Positions 41,006 to 54,600 of a stretch of 64,000 nucleotides of DNA are shown one piece after another. The notes beneath the pieces are model-generated. The model was not told the DNA's origin, made no database searches, and saw only the letters and a list, made by a program, of their open reading frames with translations. The position numbers and the translations under genes are program-made. The stretch is from positions 43,214,001-43,278,000 of the forward strand of contig JBITNC010000001.1 of NCBI GenBank assembly GCA_050084985.1, read 5' to 3'. Each line of letters begins with the position of its first letter. Positions within the stretch are counted from its first letter, which is position 1. Origin of the DNA: Nageia nagi (taxonomy: Eukaryota; Plantae; Pinophyta).

Positions 41006-42959
41006 TTAGAGTTTTTTGAACACTAGCAATCACTAAATGGGGGTCAGGTATTTTAAATAGTCACCAATGATTTTGGTTCGATCACTAGAGACCCTAGAAA
41101 CTCCATAGAGCCAATGGGTGGAACTTGACATTTTTAAAAAAATTCTTTATACTAAATAAAAGCTAAAAAACATAAAAAGGACTCTTACCCATTAAGTAAA
41201 TACATACATTGGGCATTTATAATGGATCAAATACAAGTTTAAATGATTTAAAATTGATAAAACTAGAAATAACCAAGTAGGGCATCTATCTTAGCTCTGT
41301 AGATGGGGTATTCGATCTCTGCCCAAGAATTAAGTAAGGAGCCATTGATCTAGAGGAGACATGAGGTAATCTAGCGATTAAAATTGTAGGAGTGAAAGGT
41401 GTGGTCTGAATCTTTATCAAAAAGCCAAGTGTAAAATGACAAAGACTTGAATATCTCTTTGTTTAAAACCCCTTTTTGCATGAAGATCATTAGCGATCAA
41501 AGAATAAATGCTGATGCTCTTATCATCAATGTTAACATTATTTATCTAAATGTGATTAACCTTTTCCCTCAAGATAAAAAAAATAGCAAATGATGTTTGT
41601 CAAAAATTTGTAAACAATATGAAAGGAACACAACTAAATCTAGGACCAAGAAAAAGGGTGAATAATTTAATATCAAACCTGAGTTTGGCATAAAAAGCAT
41701 GAAAGGTCACTCAGAACTTGATCTTGTTAGATGAAAGCAAATACACCAAAATCAAGGTTAAAATACTAAAAGGGAAACAAAATCCTCATTACATTTTTTT
41801 CATTATCATAAAGATTCTTGGAATAAAAGATTCCATGAATGACTATACAATAGAAATGTAATAGTGTAACAACCTCTTAAACATAATCAAAATGCATCAC
41901 TTAGCACTAATATAAAAAAAGGGTTTGATTAAAATAAATATAATTGAGTTCATTCACCATGGTATCTTACTCCATGAAAATAGTCTTACGATAAATTTTT
42001 CGATTGTTTGTCATTGCATTGACATGCTTTTTGAAATGGGTGATAATATAGATAGCAAAAATCTACCCAATAAGTGATTATAGAAATTGCATTGGTTTAT
42101 CCCAAATGTATCATCATATATTTTTGATGATACTTTATCTCTTGCAAGCAAGTGTTGATTTTATAATAAAAAAATCAATGAATTATAGAAAATAAAGTCT
42201 TGAGGGTAAGAATTGGGTCAAACATAAGTGATCCTTTCTAGGTGTCAATGACCAAGGGTAAGTCATTAGTGATCATCTAAGAAACATTGATGATCTTTGC
42301 AAAATAGTGAAAACCTAAAAGGAGGATCAAATCCTTTTATCGATTATCAGGTAGGATATTCAAAAAACTAGGATTACCTCACGAACTTGGTTATTTCTAT
42401 GATTTTATAATTTATCTAAGTTTGCTAATATTAGGAAAAAATATAAATAAAGGTTGCTATTAAATATACCTCCAAAAAGGAAAAAAGGGTCTCTGATATT
42501 GATTTTAAATAGAGTCATGCTGCAAAAATGAAAATTAAGATGAGTATTTGATTTCCTAATATTATGTTATATTATCTTAAGGAATTCATCTCAATTCTTT
42601 ATATCATATTTGTAGGTGCTTGTGATGTTGTGTTAAGTTACTTGTGTGTAAAAGACCATACAATGAACCTCATAGATCAAAGGAGCCATCAAAGATTTGT
42701 ACCTTCTAGGAGACATCACATTCAATAGCTTACTACATTTTATGGGCATTGAATGTGTTCATTTCATAGATCTTTGTACTTTAGTTATCACACATATTTA
42801 TATTATAGCCTAGAGGCTCTACATTATAATTTAGTTAGGTCAATATGATCATAGCAGCTACTTATTTGATGTAAATGGAGGAACAAGTTAATAAATATAT
42901 TTCATGTGTTTGTGAGATTGTTTGGTTCTATAGACCATCTATAGGTGGAGCTAGTTTCT

Positions 42960-43860
42960 CATTTACATTCTATACATACATACATACATATATATAAAAA
43001 TAATATATATATATATATATATTAAATATATATATATAATATATAAATATAAAAATACAATGATAATAAAATAGATGAAAAATAGAAAATATATGGATAT
43101 GGGGTTGATATATACAAATGGATGATAACCTATAAAGATATGTATCAAGATATAGGCAATAAATCCAAGTAGATGAAATCTTATAAAGAGATGTAAATAT
43201 GTAGATAATGATTATAAATGTACAAAAACACATGATGAAATATATCAAGGTATGGATAATGTAAAAATGAACAACAACCTATGAGAGAACACATCAAGAT
43301 ATTAATGATATGTCCAAGAATATGATAACTTATAAAGATATACATTGAGATATGAATGATTAATCTAAGTGTACATAAATCCATAAACGATAAGGATGAT
43401 AAATCAAAGGACATAACCTATAAATGAATATATTAAATATCTATCCATTCAAATAGGAAACTATGAAAATATATATCAATAATGAATGGCAAATCCATAT
43501 TAAGGACTTATGTAGGATTTATCAAGATATTGATGAGGAGTCCATGAAAAGATATAACACAATATAAGAAATAATTCCTAGTGACTATCCAATAAAACAT
43601 GTTTCCATATATTATGATATATCTAAGTAGATCAATAATACATGAAATAATACATCATGATCTTGGTAATAAACAAAATGGAGGATGAATTGTAAGAGAT
43701 ATCTCAAGATATGGATGATAATCCCATGTAAATAAAAACACATAGAAATATATAAAGATATGGGAGATTTACCCAAAAAAGGAATCCCATAAAAGGATAT
43801 CAAGATATGGGCAATGAGCTCAAATACAATAACCCATGAATGACACATTTGTAACACTTA
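42960..43860. repeat. Degenerate short-unit repeat region
   Basis: Recurring aatcc/ctataaagatat..atcaagatat motifs. Confidence 0.55.
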
Positions 43861-46458
43861 AGAATAAAAAGTCAATGATCAAGGTGTTAAGATGTTTATT
43901 ATTTCATTAGAATTTTTATCAATGTGGAACTAATTTTAAATTAGTATTTTCATAATAAAATAATTATGGATATTCTTAGAGATGTTCAAGATATATATAA
44001 GATGTGCATAAAGTTGGGTTTGACACTCCAAAAATTGATGAAACTATAAAATTCACCTAAGAAATTAGATAAAAACATAAATGGGCATCCAATACAACTA
44101 AAATCAGGTATGGATACCCATTTCCTTACAATAAAAGAAGATATAACGAAACTAAGATAAGATTATGAGCATTCAAAGCTCAATTGCATACCTACAATAG
44201 AAAATAAACTAGATAGTTGAAGTAGTAATCATTGGTGGGATAAAATATTTGCTATCAAAATTTGAATATGATCTCGTCCACTAATTTTAACAAAATCATA
44301 TATATGTTGAGATTTGAGTGAAAAGTTTTTTGAAGGAGAATGACAAGCTAGGATCATTACATCATTGCCATTTGATTAGTATAAATATGTAGTTGATGTT
44401 GTATTAATAAAAAAGATTCAATATTTGATCAAGATTAGGAATTGATCATTATGTATATGATATTGTAATAAGAGAAGGGTATCGTAAATAGTTTTATTAA
44501 GAAATATTCAAGGAGGTAGTCCCCTCAAAGTGGTTTGTGGTAGTATACTCCCTTGAAGTTCTTAATAGGAATTATTGTTCTCTTGAAACTTTTATGTAAT
44601 TAATAATCACATGTCTATTACAACCATAATAAGGCTACACCTTGTGGTATAGATACTTGAGGTTAGCTTTGATTAGGATTTTGTGATTACAATGATATAA
44701 TGCTTATTTTTAAAATTTCAATATATTCTATCTACCTATAAATGAGGCAACTATGAAACTTGTGCATGTGTAACTCAACCTTCAATTAACATTAATGTGA
44801 AGTAAAGAATATATTATCAAATAAAAATTATTCCTCAAATAAAATCATGATCTTCAAAATTGTAATACGAATAATTTTATTGTAAGAACTTTACCATCAC
44901 TCAATCTTTACAGGAATTATTACTACACATATTTATTAAACATGTCAAGAATGGATCTTTGTGAGTAAAGGTATTTAAAGGTAAATTATATTAAACATCC
45001 ATTGGAGACCAATTGATCTATGGGATGGACAGTTGTAGTAGACCATTACATAGCATATTATAATTACTCAAAAAATTAGAAAAGCATAGTCTACTAGTAT
45101 TATAGAAATATAATATTTGACACAAATAATTATGTTGAAAATTTCACAATCCTATATAGCATCCAATTAATGAAGTTCATGGATCTCCATAATACTATAA
45201 TTATGATATTCACTATTTATGAAATAACTACAAATTATGTATAATTATTGCATATCGAGCTTGAGTAACAATCTCATTGTCTAATTCTAGTATAGAAGGA
45301 GAAACTTCAATACTTATCTAATATGTCTACTAAAGAAACATGGAAATTTTAGTTTTAATAATGAAAATATTACAATAAAGAATTATAGAATAATGACCAT
45401 AGATTTCAATTTTTTTATAAAATCACATGAGATAATAAATAATATTCTTTTGATCAAAGGTTTCTTGAAAACATTTAGATGTGGAAATTACCTTATCCCT
45501 GAATTAATTGATATTACTATCAATTTTGGGGTTAAATGCAAGCTTTTGTTATTACTTTATTCATAATTTCATTATTCTACTTTTTGATGAATGTCTTTAT
45601 ATAAACTTGTATTTTTAAATCAATATAAACTAGTATTTATTATTTTTTTTCAACAATAATACTATACATAAAATATAAATAATGTATTGTATAGATATTT
45701 AAAAAGTAACTTTTAATAATTTTAATTTAATAACTTAGTTAATTATTTTTATTAATTGAATATAAATATTATTTACTTAATACACATTTGATTATTTAAT
45801 CAATAGATTATATTTTTTGAATGAAAGGTTAATAATATGAATAAAAGCAATCTTATATGAATTAACACAAGTATAAACTCTTGAAAATCATCTCTCACAG
45901 AATTTATCTCTATTTTAATAATATTTTCAATTTATAAATATATCTTAAAAGGGACTTCATTCCTTTATAATATTATCTATACATTTAAAGGTCATAATTC
46001 TATAATATCTTTTATAAAATATATAATTAAAACTCATGGTCAAAACTTTATATATAGAGTGCAAAACAAAGTTTATAATGTGAAAATTATTTAAGCCAAG
46101 GAATCAACCTATTAACAATTAAAAGTGAGATAAATGATTATATATATATATATATATATGAGAAGCTTCATGCATTGGTTCTTTTTCTGTTCACATGTAG
46201 ATATATCTTTTTCTTCCCATACAAGTTTTTAATCATTCTTTTAAAACTTCAAATTGCAGTTGATATATATATATACATAGAGAGATTGAGATTGAGTTAC
46301 AATATTTTTGTAATTACACCGAGAGGCATTTCTACAGCTGCAGCATGGCGGGTGGAGTAGGGGAGCAAAATATCGCATGTGAGTCCGTCCGTTAAACAAT
46401 TGGCGGGAAAATAATTTTTTTAAAATTAAAATTATATAGCCGACTAAAATATTAAAAG

Positions 46459-47262
46459 ACACATGAATTCTTGGCAGAAATGCAAACTCTGGGCCGCGTC
46501 CGACAAGAAAATCTCATGCCTCTGCTCGGGTGCTGCATCTCCGGGAAAGATAGATTTCTTATATACAAAATCATGTCAAATGGCAGTCTCGGTGATCAAC
46601 TTCACATGAATCCCCCAAGTTTAATTTTTGATAAGCTGAGAGATTTTTCTGTGAGGCTCAAGGTAGCTGTAGGGGCCGCCAGGGGACTCAGATTTCTCCA
46701 CCATGAATGTCTTCCCGTCATTCTCCACCATGATATCAAGGCCAGTAATGTCCTTCTAGATGAGAATTGTAATGCCTTTCTTACAGACTTTGGTCTTGCA
46801 CGCATAATTTCGTATAACGATTCTCATGTCAGCATAATGTTGGTAGGGACTTTGGGGTATGTTCTGCCTGAGTATTCTCAATCCGGGCGAGCTTCGTCTA
46901 AAGGCCATGTTTATAGCTTTGGGGTTGTGCTGTTGGAGCTTACGATTGGGAAAAGACCCTTGGATGATTTCACCAACATGGTTGATACATACTATGGAGG
47001 AATGGTGGAGTGGGCAACAATGACATCTGAGAATAGAACAATAGAAGATATCACTGATCCTGTTGTCAAGGAATGGATTGGAGCTAAGAAGAGCGAAAAC
47101 TTTCGTGCTTCCATTGTAAGGAAGAATGCTGTGCATCAGTTTGTGCGGATTGCAGTAGAATGCACCAAGGAAAACCCAGAAGAGAGGCCCTCTATGATAC
47201 AGGTAGCTCATCAATTGCACCAATTGTATTTGGAGCTCCTATTTGCGGACCAAAATGCTTGA
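46459..47262 (+). CDS. Receptor-like kinase domain (LRR-X type, BRI1/EMS1/PSKR-like), intronless, lacking subdomains I-II; pseudokinase or young pseudogene
   Basis: HEFLAEMQTLGRVRQENLMPLLGCC, NGSL, AARGLRFLHHECLPVILHHDIKASNVLLD, DFGLAR, GTLGYVLPEYSQS, KGHVYSFGVVLLEL, CTKENPEERPSM. In-frame TAA at 46453; first ATG at 46480. Confidence 0.85.
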   Translation, partial: THEFLAEMQTLGRVRQENLMPLLGCCISGKDRFLIYKIMSNGSLGDQLHMNPPSLIFDKLRDFSVRLKVAVGAARGLRFLHHECLPVILHHDIKASNVLLDENCNAFLTDFGLARIISYNDSHVSIMLVGTLGYVLPEYSQSGRASSKGHVYSFGVVLLELTIGKRPLDDFTNMVDTYYGGMVEWATMTSENRTIEDITDPVVKEWIGAKKSENFRASIVRKNAVHQFVRIAVECTKENPEERPSMIQVAHQLHQLYLELLFADQNA

Positions 47263-47489
47263 CAAAGAGTTCATCTGTTGCTGGATCAAATCAGGGTGTG
47301 CTTACAAACTGTAAGCATCTTTGTTTCAGATGACTTTCTTCTTGGTAATTTCTTCCCTGTAGAATCTATATTTATTGTTGAATAAGGTTGAAGATCTACT
47401 TGTACATGATCAGGTAGCTTTGTATGTTTATGCACAAGGTGTTATATTATAGTTTCGTTAATTCCAAGTCTAAAAGTATGTTATTATTA

Positions 47490-47715
47490 AGGAAAAATAT
47501 CTAAAATACATATATAATTTCACATAATATTAAAAATATATATTTTTTTTAAATATCTAAAATACTTATAGAAATAAAAATAAAGAGAAAAAAATACACA
47601 AATAAATATACAATAAGAAAAATTCTATTAAACTATAAAATTATAAGGGTATTTTCGATATTACACAAAATTATGAAGGTAATTTACAAGGGTATTTTTA
47701 TATTATCTTTTCAAA
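47490..47715. mobile_element. Mutator-like MITE remnant
   Basis: Imperfect inverted termini ggaaaaatatctaaaatac... / ...gggtatttttatattatcttttc. Internal sequence is shared with ~25485-25600 and, inverted, with ~28200-28295. Confidence 0.45.
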
Positions 47716-47745
47716 ATACATGAAAAATAGTTAAACTATTTTTAA

Positions 47746-47903
47746 ACTAGCTTTGATATAACCTCTTATATATAAAAAAATGCCAAGAGATATCATTTCG
47801 AGGTGCCTATCTTGGATATAGCAATACCAAGAAATGAGATAGACGCCTCGAAATGATATCTCTCGACATTTTTTGATATATAAAAAGTTATATCAAAGCT
47901 AGT
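47746..47903. repeat. 158-bp foldback (67-bp arms, 7 mismatches, 24-nt loop): MITE or hairpin-RNA candidate
   Basis: 47746-47812 is the reverse complement of 47837-47903 at 60/67 positions. Confidence 0.95.
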
Positions 47904-47909
47904 AGCAAC

Positions 47910-48209
47910 CAGTGTTCCACTTGTGGCTAGCAAGTAGGCGAGTGACTCAGCTGGTGAATTCACATAACTCATAATTTATTCCCTTCATGGCGTCCAACCG
48001 AAAATATCTACCTTCGCTCTGCCCACTTGCATTATGTCGATTATTAAATCTCTAGCATTTCGTCTCAATCGAAGGGATCCAAACATCCAACCAAATCCTT
48101 AGTGACTTTAGACGACAGGCACCCCAAGCAGTGACATAAATATTAATATCATAAATATCAATTAGTTAGTGCTATGGATACGATTGTAATAATTTAAGCG
48201 ATATTTTTG
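47910..48209 (+). promoter_or_regulatory. CpG-retaining putative promoter/5'UTR exon of the 48610 gene
   Basis: Non-repetitive-looking, many CpGs compared with flanking TEs, ends at a canonical donor. Confidence 0.35.
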
Positions 48210-48609
48210 GTAAGGTGACGCCCAGCTTGAAAAGATTCATCCAGGACCATGGTTGAAAGCGATGAGAATAGGCCCACCCGGAATGGATGAGGATGAAAAA
48301 CCTCTACATATATGTTTCTCTGCATTTGACTAGATGGACATTGAAATCTCTTAAGCTTCAACTTTCTATTGCCATCTTGCAGACCTTGCTATTTATTAGT
48401 TTCTCTATTAGAGTTGCTAGGACTAGCACTAATATTCCTTGATCTTATTTTGCCCTCGTTCTGCATACGAGTTTGTTATGTTTTAGGGGTTTTTGCAGTT
48501 AGTTGTCCATATATCTGTGATTATGAAGGCCATGCAAGTTTTTCGTTCCTAGGTGACAGAAAGCTTGTAGTAGCCATTGTTACTAGTGCCCAGTTCGAAG
48601 AGTTGAGAG

Positions 48610-48726
48610 ATGGCGTATGCCAGAAAAAAGTTTAACATTCTGAAGCTATCTACGGTGTCCACAACGTTGATTTTGGTTGTTGGGGGAGCCATTGTATGGA
48701 AGCTTACGAGGCCTTTTGCGGAAATG
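48610..48726 (+). CDS. Candidate first coding exon of an unidentified N-terminally membrane-anchored protein
   Basis: Strong acceptor ttttcgttcctag| at 48553 and ATG in good context (gagATGG). Encodes MAYARKKFNILKLSTVSTTLILVVGGAIVWKLTRPFAEM, then a phase-0 donor ATG|gtatac. Upstream donor TTG|gtaagg at 48210; CpG-rich context. Confidence 0.55.
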
Positions 48727-49249
48727 GTATACGTCGTTTTGGCTTGGTCTTAAAAATCTTAAAGTATTTTTAGAATTGACATGATACTATACAAAGTTTG
48801 TATAGGATTATTAAAAAATTTAAGACTCCTCATGACACTTGCAAAGAAATATATTGTATCATGGATATAAATAGCCACTAAAGCATTTAATACCCTAAAA
48901 AGGACCATATGTTCAACTCCAATATTGGTAACTCCAAACTTTAACATGTTATTTATCATTAAATGTGATACCTCATACATAGGAATTAATGTAATTATAA
49001 TATAATAATAATAAATAATTTTAATAAATTAAAAAATAATATATTAGTGGATAACCTCTCAAATTTACCATAACATAAGAGAGGCATATATGCTTTAGAT
49101 AAGCACATAAAAAATATTCATATCTAAAAAATATCCAAAACTTATGATGTGAAAAAACAAGACATGTAAGTCTTCGATAATGTACTTTCTTAATAGATAA
49201 AAATACACTTCCTTGAGGATACATTATTATCTCATGTGCATATAAGGAA

Positions 49250-51620
49250 AATAAGAATTGAGAATAATAAAAGAGGAATTGAGAAGAATAATTTAGAAAA
49301 GAGGAAAGAGAAGAATTTAGAAGAGGAGGAGAAGAATTGATGGGGAGAAGTCCCTCAATAGGAGTATCAAAAGATAAATGAAGGGAACAAGAGAAAAGAA
49401 ATTGGAGGGAGGAATGGTGAAACAATTAATTAGAAGAAAAATATGAAATAAAATTATAAGGAAGAATGGAAAGAATATTAGAAGGAATTTCGAAAAAAAG
49501 ATTAGAAGGAAGATTGGAAAGAAGATTAGAATGAGAGGTAGGTATTATAGTTCCTCTAGCCTACATAGGTAAATACTATATTGATTTTATATCTCCCTCA
49601 ACTGGGATAAATAGGGATAGTATTGATATTATAGTTTCCTCAATATGAAAGGAAGCATATGGTGTTTATATTATGGTTCCTGTAACAATGATGGAAAAAG
49701 ACAGTATTAGTATTATGGCTACCCAGGAAGTATAGATAACAATTATGTTGATATTCTAGAACTATACATAAGGTAAGATAAATAAACTATTAGTATTATA
49801 GCTACCCTAATGAGGATGGACATGGGTGAGTGCTCATAGTGCATAGGTTTAGGTACCTCATAGTTAGAATACATGATGTTATAGACATTAAAATTACTAT
49901 TATGAGTAGATAAATTGTATGATGATGTTTGTTGAAATTGAATACTAATAGGAAGGGTTTGGAAACATGAGGGTTATCAAAAATAGTGACATGGATATTG
50001 ACAAGGGATATGGGTTAAGAGGATTTTGGATAAATTGAAGGAGATAAGGAGCTTGGTTAAAGAATTGATAAAGTTGAATTGGTTAGGGATTATGAAAGAG
50101 GTTTATGGTTGGTCATAGTGGGCCAACAATTTTTCATAAATGCCTAAAACTTGATTATGAGGATCAAGATGGTTTTAAAGTTACATGTTTCCTTTACTAA
50201 TTTGATCTTAAATGAAATCTTATAATTATTAGCATCAATTGGTATGATGATCTTGGTCTCTACAATATGTTCTATAGGTATATTCTCTATACCATGATAA
50301 TTTAGATAGACTAGTATCATCTTGTTTAGGGTAAGTAAATTTGATAGTACAAAGGATACACATTTAATAAAGGAATGAACTATCATCTTAGTTTGAATTA
50401 TCATTCTAGTACCATTTGAGGTTAGTATTTTTGTTTTGTAAATATTTTTTTATTGTAATTGTATGGTATATTATTATTGTTAGAGGAAGGTTATGCTTTT
50501 TGAAGATACATCATGCATTGTGCTCTTTATTATGAAGAATGGTTGTTGAAGTACAAATTGGTTTACTTGGTATGGTTGAAGGTATTACTTAAACCTGTTA
50601 AATACACGTGTGTCATATTTTTTAAGCTTACATTAACATCTTCAATCCATTGAGTTATATCCACAACTTTTTCAAAAGATCAAAATCATTGAATTTGTAA
50701 AATAGTGGATATATATTTTATGAACATATTTTTTGAAAGATATATTAACTCAGTTTATGGTATAAAAAAGGTAATCTGATTAAATACTCCTCTCCACTAT
50801 TCAATATAATCTTTGATTGCTTTATCATCATATTATCATAAGGTGTATGAATCCAATAGAGTAGTCTTCTTTATAATGTTAACTATAAATTATTTTAGAA
50901 ATGGATTAACAAGTTTGTTAAAGTAAAATATATTATGTTGAGGAAGTTTATTAAACCACTCTAAGGCTTCAATGAATAACAATAAAGAAAATTTCCTCAA
51001 TAAGAGACCAATATCATCATGGTGAATGAGGTTGCAAGAAAATTTAATAGTATAAATGGTCTTTGAGGTCCTCTTTCTCTTTATTTTTATCAAATTTTGA
51101 TATTTTAAAATGGTATGTACATTGATAAATGGCATGAGAGAGGTGGATTAGCTTATTGAAATTTTTTTGATCAGTGGTTTGAGGATTGATTGAACTTTGA
51201 ACTTTGACATGGGAGTGATTGAGTTTGATAAGTTTGGATGATGGAATGAAATGATAAGTAAGAAATGATAGGTTAGATAATATGAAATATTTGGGAAGAT
51301 GAAATATGGTAAGAGGGTCTAACAGAATAAAGGATATATTAATAAGAAGATAAATTATAAAAATGTTGATGAGATAAAAAAATAGGTTTTTTTAAAAATA
51401 AAGAAGAATTGTAACTAGTTTGGGTGTTGGAGTGAGGAACTTAGAATGAACAAGAAGAATTAGAAATGATATTCTAAATTAGTGGAAATGATGTCATAGA
51501 AGGAGGATTAGATTAAGCTTGTGAGAAAGTCAAAATGGGTAAAAGAGGAGTAAACTCAAATAAAGAGTTTTTTTAGAATTAGTCTAAATGGAAAAGGTGA
51601 CGCTAGACCAAAAAACAAGC
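49250..51620 (-). mobile_element. Degenerate Ty3/gypsy gag region
   Basis: Retrotrans_gag-like LLLRKFSLLLFIEALEWFNKLPQHNIFYFNKLVNPFLK (50890-51135) with Ser/Pro-rich low-complexity flanks. Confidence 0.7.
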
Positions 51621-51698
51621 TTTAGAAGTGGGCAATTTGAGGTAGTTGTGAGGTGATATTTTTAAATGGCCTATATCTATGGTTTTATTAGTAGTTTT

Positions 51699-54600
51699 TG
51701 TAATGACCCTACATCAGCATAAACACATAGGATCATCACTATAACACCCATCCCATACACTTGAGAGGTGAGCATAATTTGTTTCCACTAAGTAAATAAA
51801 ATAAGTAATTAAACGCAATCAACTATGGATGTGTTTGGAAGTTGCTTGAGAATGCTGTGAATTATTGTTCACAATATGACTAGTAGTATTCCAAACTAAG
51901 TCATACATGAGGTCTAGACTTTTTACTTACTATATACCATTTCCCATTATTTAACTTAACCCATTAAATAACTTCACATGGCTTACCTTTATTTTATTTT
52001 ATTGAACATAATGACTTCCTAATGGTACCATATACTTACCCATATTTCCCACCATCATCAAATCAAGGCAATTTAATACTCCAAGGTCCATTCAACCTTG
52101 GGATTTCTCGATTTATCTTAGACTAACCCGCTTGAAGATAAATCAACATCCCTTAAATGAATAATCATGCTTTACTTAGAGCTTTGGCTAAGTCTACACT
52201 TAGGTTTAAATATCCACATAATATAACCCCCCATGATTTAAAAATAAATCATTCCCCTATAAGAGATATTATACTATACCTATTCATACCTATAGGAAAG
52301 GGAGTTAGGTCCTAAGCATCATAATATTTTGCACAAAATATGAGATTTTCAACATAATTAAGCATCATCATAAAGTATCAAGTAATACAAAGCATCATAA
52401 CATTTAAGTAAGTTAACTCATTTACTAAATAACTCTTTAATAGAAGAATAACACTTAACTATTTCATGGAATAATCTTTCACAAAACCCAAAGATATCAA
52501 CTTTGTACAATAATCATTATCAATACAATCATCCTAAAAATGAAGTAATAATTCTTTTCAAATTCTCTATACAAGGACAACAATAGCTTGGCTATTTATT
52601 TCTCAAATCAAATAGAAAGTATAATACATTTAGAATCCATAGCAAGAATTTATCAAACTCCTTTCCTACACTACAAATAGAGATTTGCTCCTTAGATTGG
52701 ATTGTAGCTCAAGAATGGTTGGATTAGATACGGTCTTGGGTTTCCTCTAAAATGCAACTACATGCTTTTCCATTTTAAGAAAACATTCTAACAACTCTAA
52801 GAACTCTAATTTAACAACTCTAAGAACTCTAATTTAAAATGCCAACTCACATTCTAGAACAATAATCAACTTTATTCTAAGATATGTTAATTATACCTTA
52901 AAATAATCAGTAACTTTTATTTTAAAACATCAATTCACATTTTAAAATAAATCAATAACTATATTTTAAAATATCTACCATATTTTAAAATAATGCAATA
53001 ATATATTATTTTAGAATATTTTAACAATATAATAAAATAATATACAACCATATGTTAAAATACTACCCTAATTTAAAATAATCAAATAAACTCTATTTTA
53101 GAATATAATAGTAATATACTAAAAAATCACAACTACATTTTAAAATATTGTCCTATTTTAAAACAATCAAATAACCTCTAATTTAGAATATAATAGTAAA
53201 ATCCTTAAATAATCACAACTCTATTTTAAAATACTACCTTATTTTAAAACAATCAAATAACCTCTAATAATCACAACTCTATTTTAAAATACTACCCTAT
53301 TTTAAAATAATTAAACAAACTCTATTTTAGAATATCATAGTAATATCTTAAAATAATTACAACAATATTTTAAAATACTTCCCTATATTAAAATAATTAA
53401 CCAAACTCTACTTTAGAATATAATAGTAATATCCTAAAATAATAAAATGATCATTACTTTAAAAATATCAAACTATAATTTAAAGTAATATCCTAAAAAT
53501 AATAATGATTACAATTAATAAAACTTTATAGCTTATTTTTATAATATCCCCCTAATTCTAAAAATAACAAACAACCTACTCTTAAATTTTAAGAGTTAAC
53601 AAATAAACAACTCATTAATTACTCCTAACCTGCACTAAGGTCCCTTAGGCAAAACACAAGATAAAATAAAGACTTAAATAAAACACAAGCTTCCAAAATT
53701 GGACAAAGCCTAAAAAAAATCACAAGTCCTCTTTTAGATATTTTACTTAAAATATTAGTCCTTATTTTATTCTCAAAATAGAGATCTAAAAATTCCAAAA
53801 TACTTCTTAAAAACCTGAGCCTCAAAATAAAAATCCATCACCTATTTTTGTTTTAAAACCCAAAATCCCTACAAATACCTAAAAATGGTAAGCTCGAAAA
53901 ATAATACTACACTATTTTAAAGTATCCATTTATATTTAAAAAAAAACTACATCCATTTTAAAACTTGAAGAAAAAAATAATAATTTCCTTTAATTTCTAT
54001 TTAAATAAAAATAAATTCAATATTATTATCCTTTAAACCCACATTAAAACACAAATTTTAAAACATTTTAAAATAACTGCAATAAATAAATCTATCATAA
54101 ATTCCAAAATAAGCATAGAATTGTGAGACAATATCCAACTATAGGGAGGGGTCAAAACTCTATCCCACATTTGAAGAAAACTCTCGTGTACCAAACAAGT
54201 GACGTGGGCTCTAATGAATAGCCTTTTTAAAAGTCCACGTTCCAGTTTTCCTCCCCCCCAAAATTGCATTAAAAGCTAAAAAAAAATTCAATTCTAATAT
54301 ATTTAAAAAGGGGTTTTTCAATCCCAAGATTAATACAGTACTTTAATTAATGGTATTAATGGGGTTTTAAACTTTAAAAGTTTATTTTTAAAATATAAAA
54401 TTTTGTGATAAAATTGTATATAGATTTCAAAATTACTTATGATATTAAGCAAAACCTTCTACCAATCATATTTTTGAAATAAGATAGCAAAATACTTGTA
54501 AGTAAATATATAAAAATAAAAAATTGAAATCTATCAATTATCTATTGATAAAAATAATCAACTCAAGCTTTTCAAATAAATATAACAATAAGAGGTAAAC

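Noticed and set aside
46345-46378. Mini first exon MAGGVGEQNIA|gtgagt for the kinase
   Set aside because: The phase-1 donor is out of frame with the AG at 46458 and creates TAA with the AG at 46477. It would not supply subdomains I-II anyway.
46602-47223. Antisense ORFs 46602-46805 and 46756-47223
   Set aside because: Shadows of the kinase coding strand.
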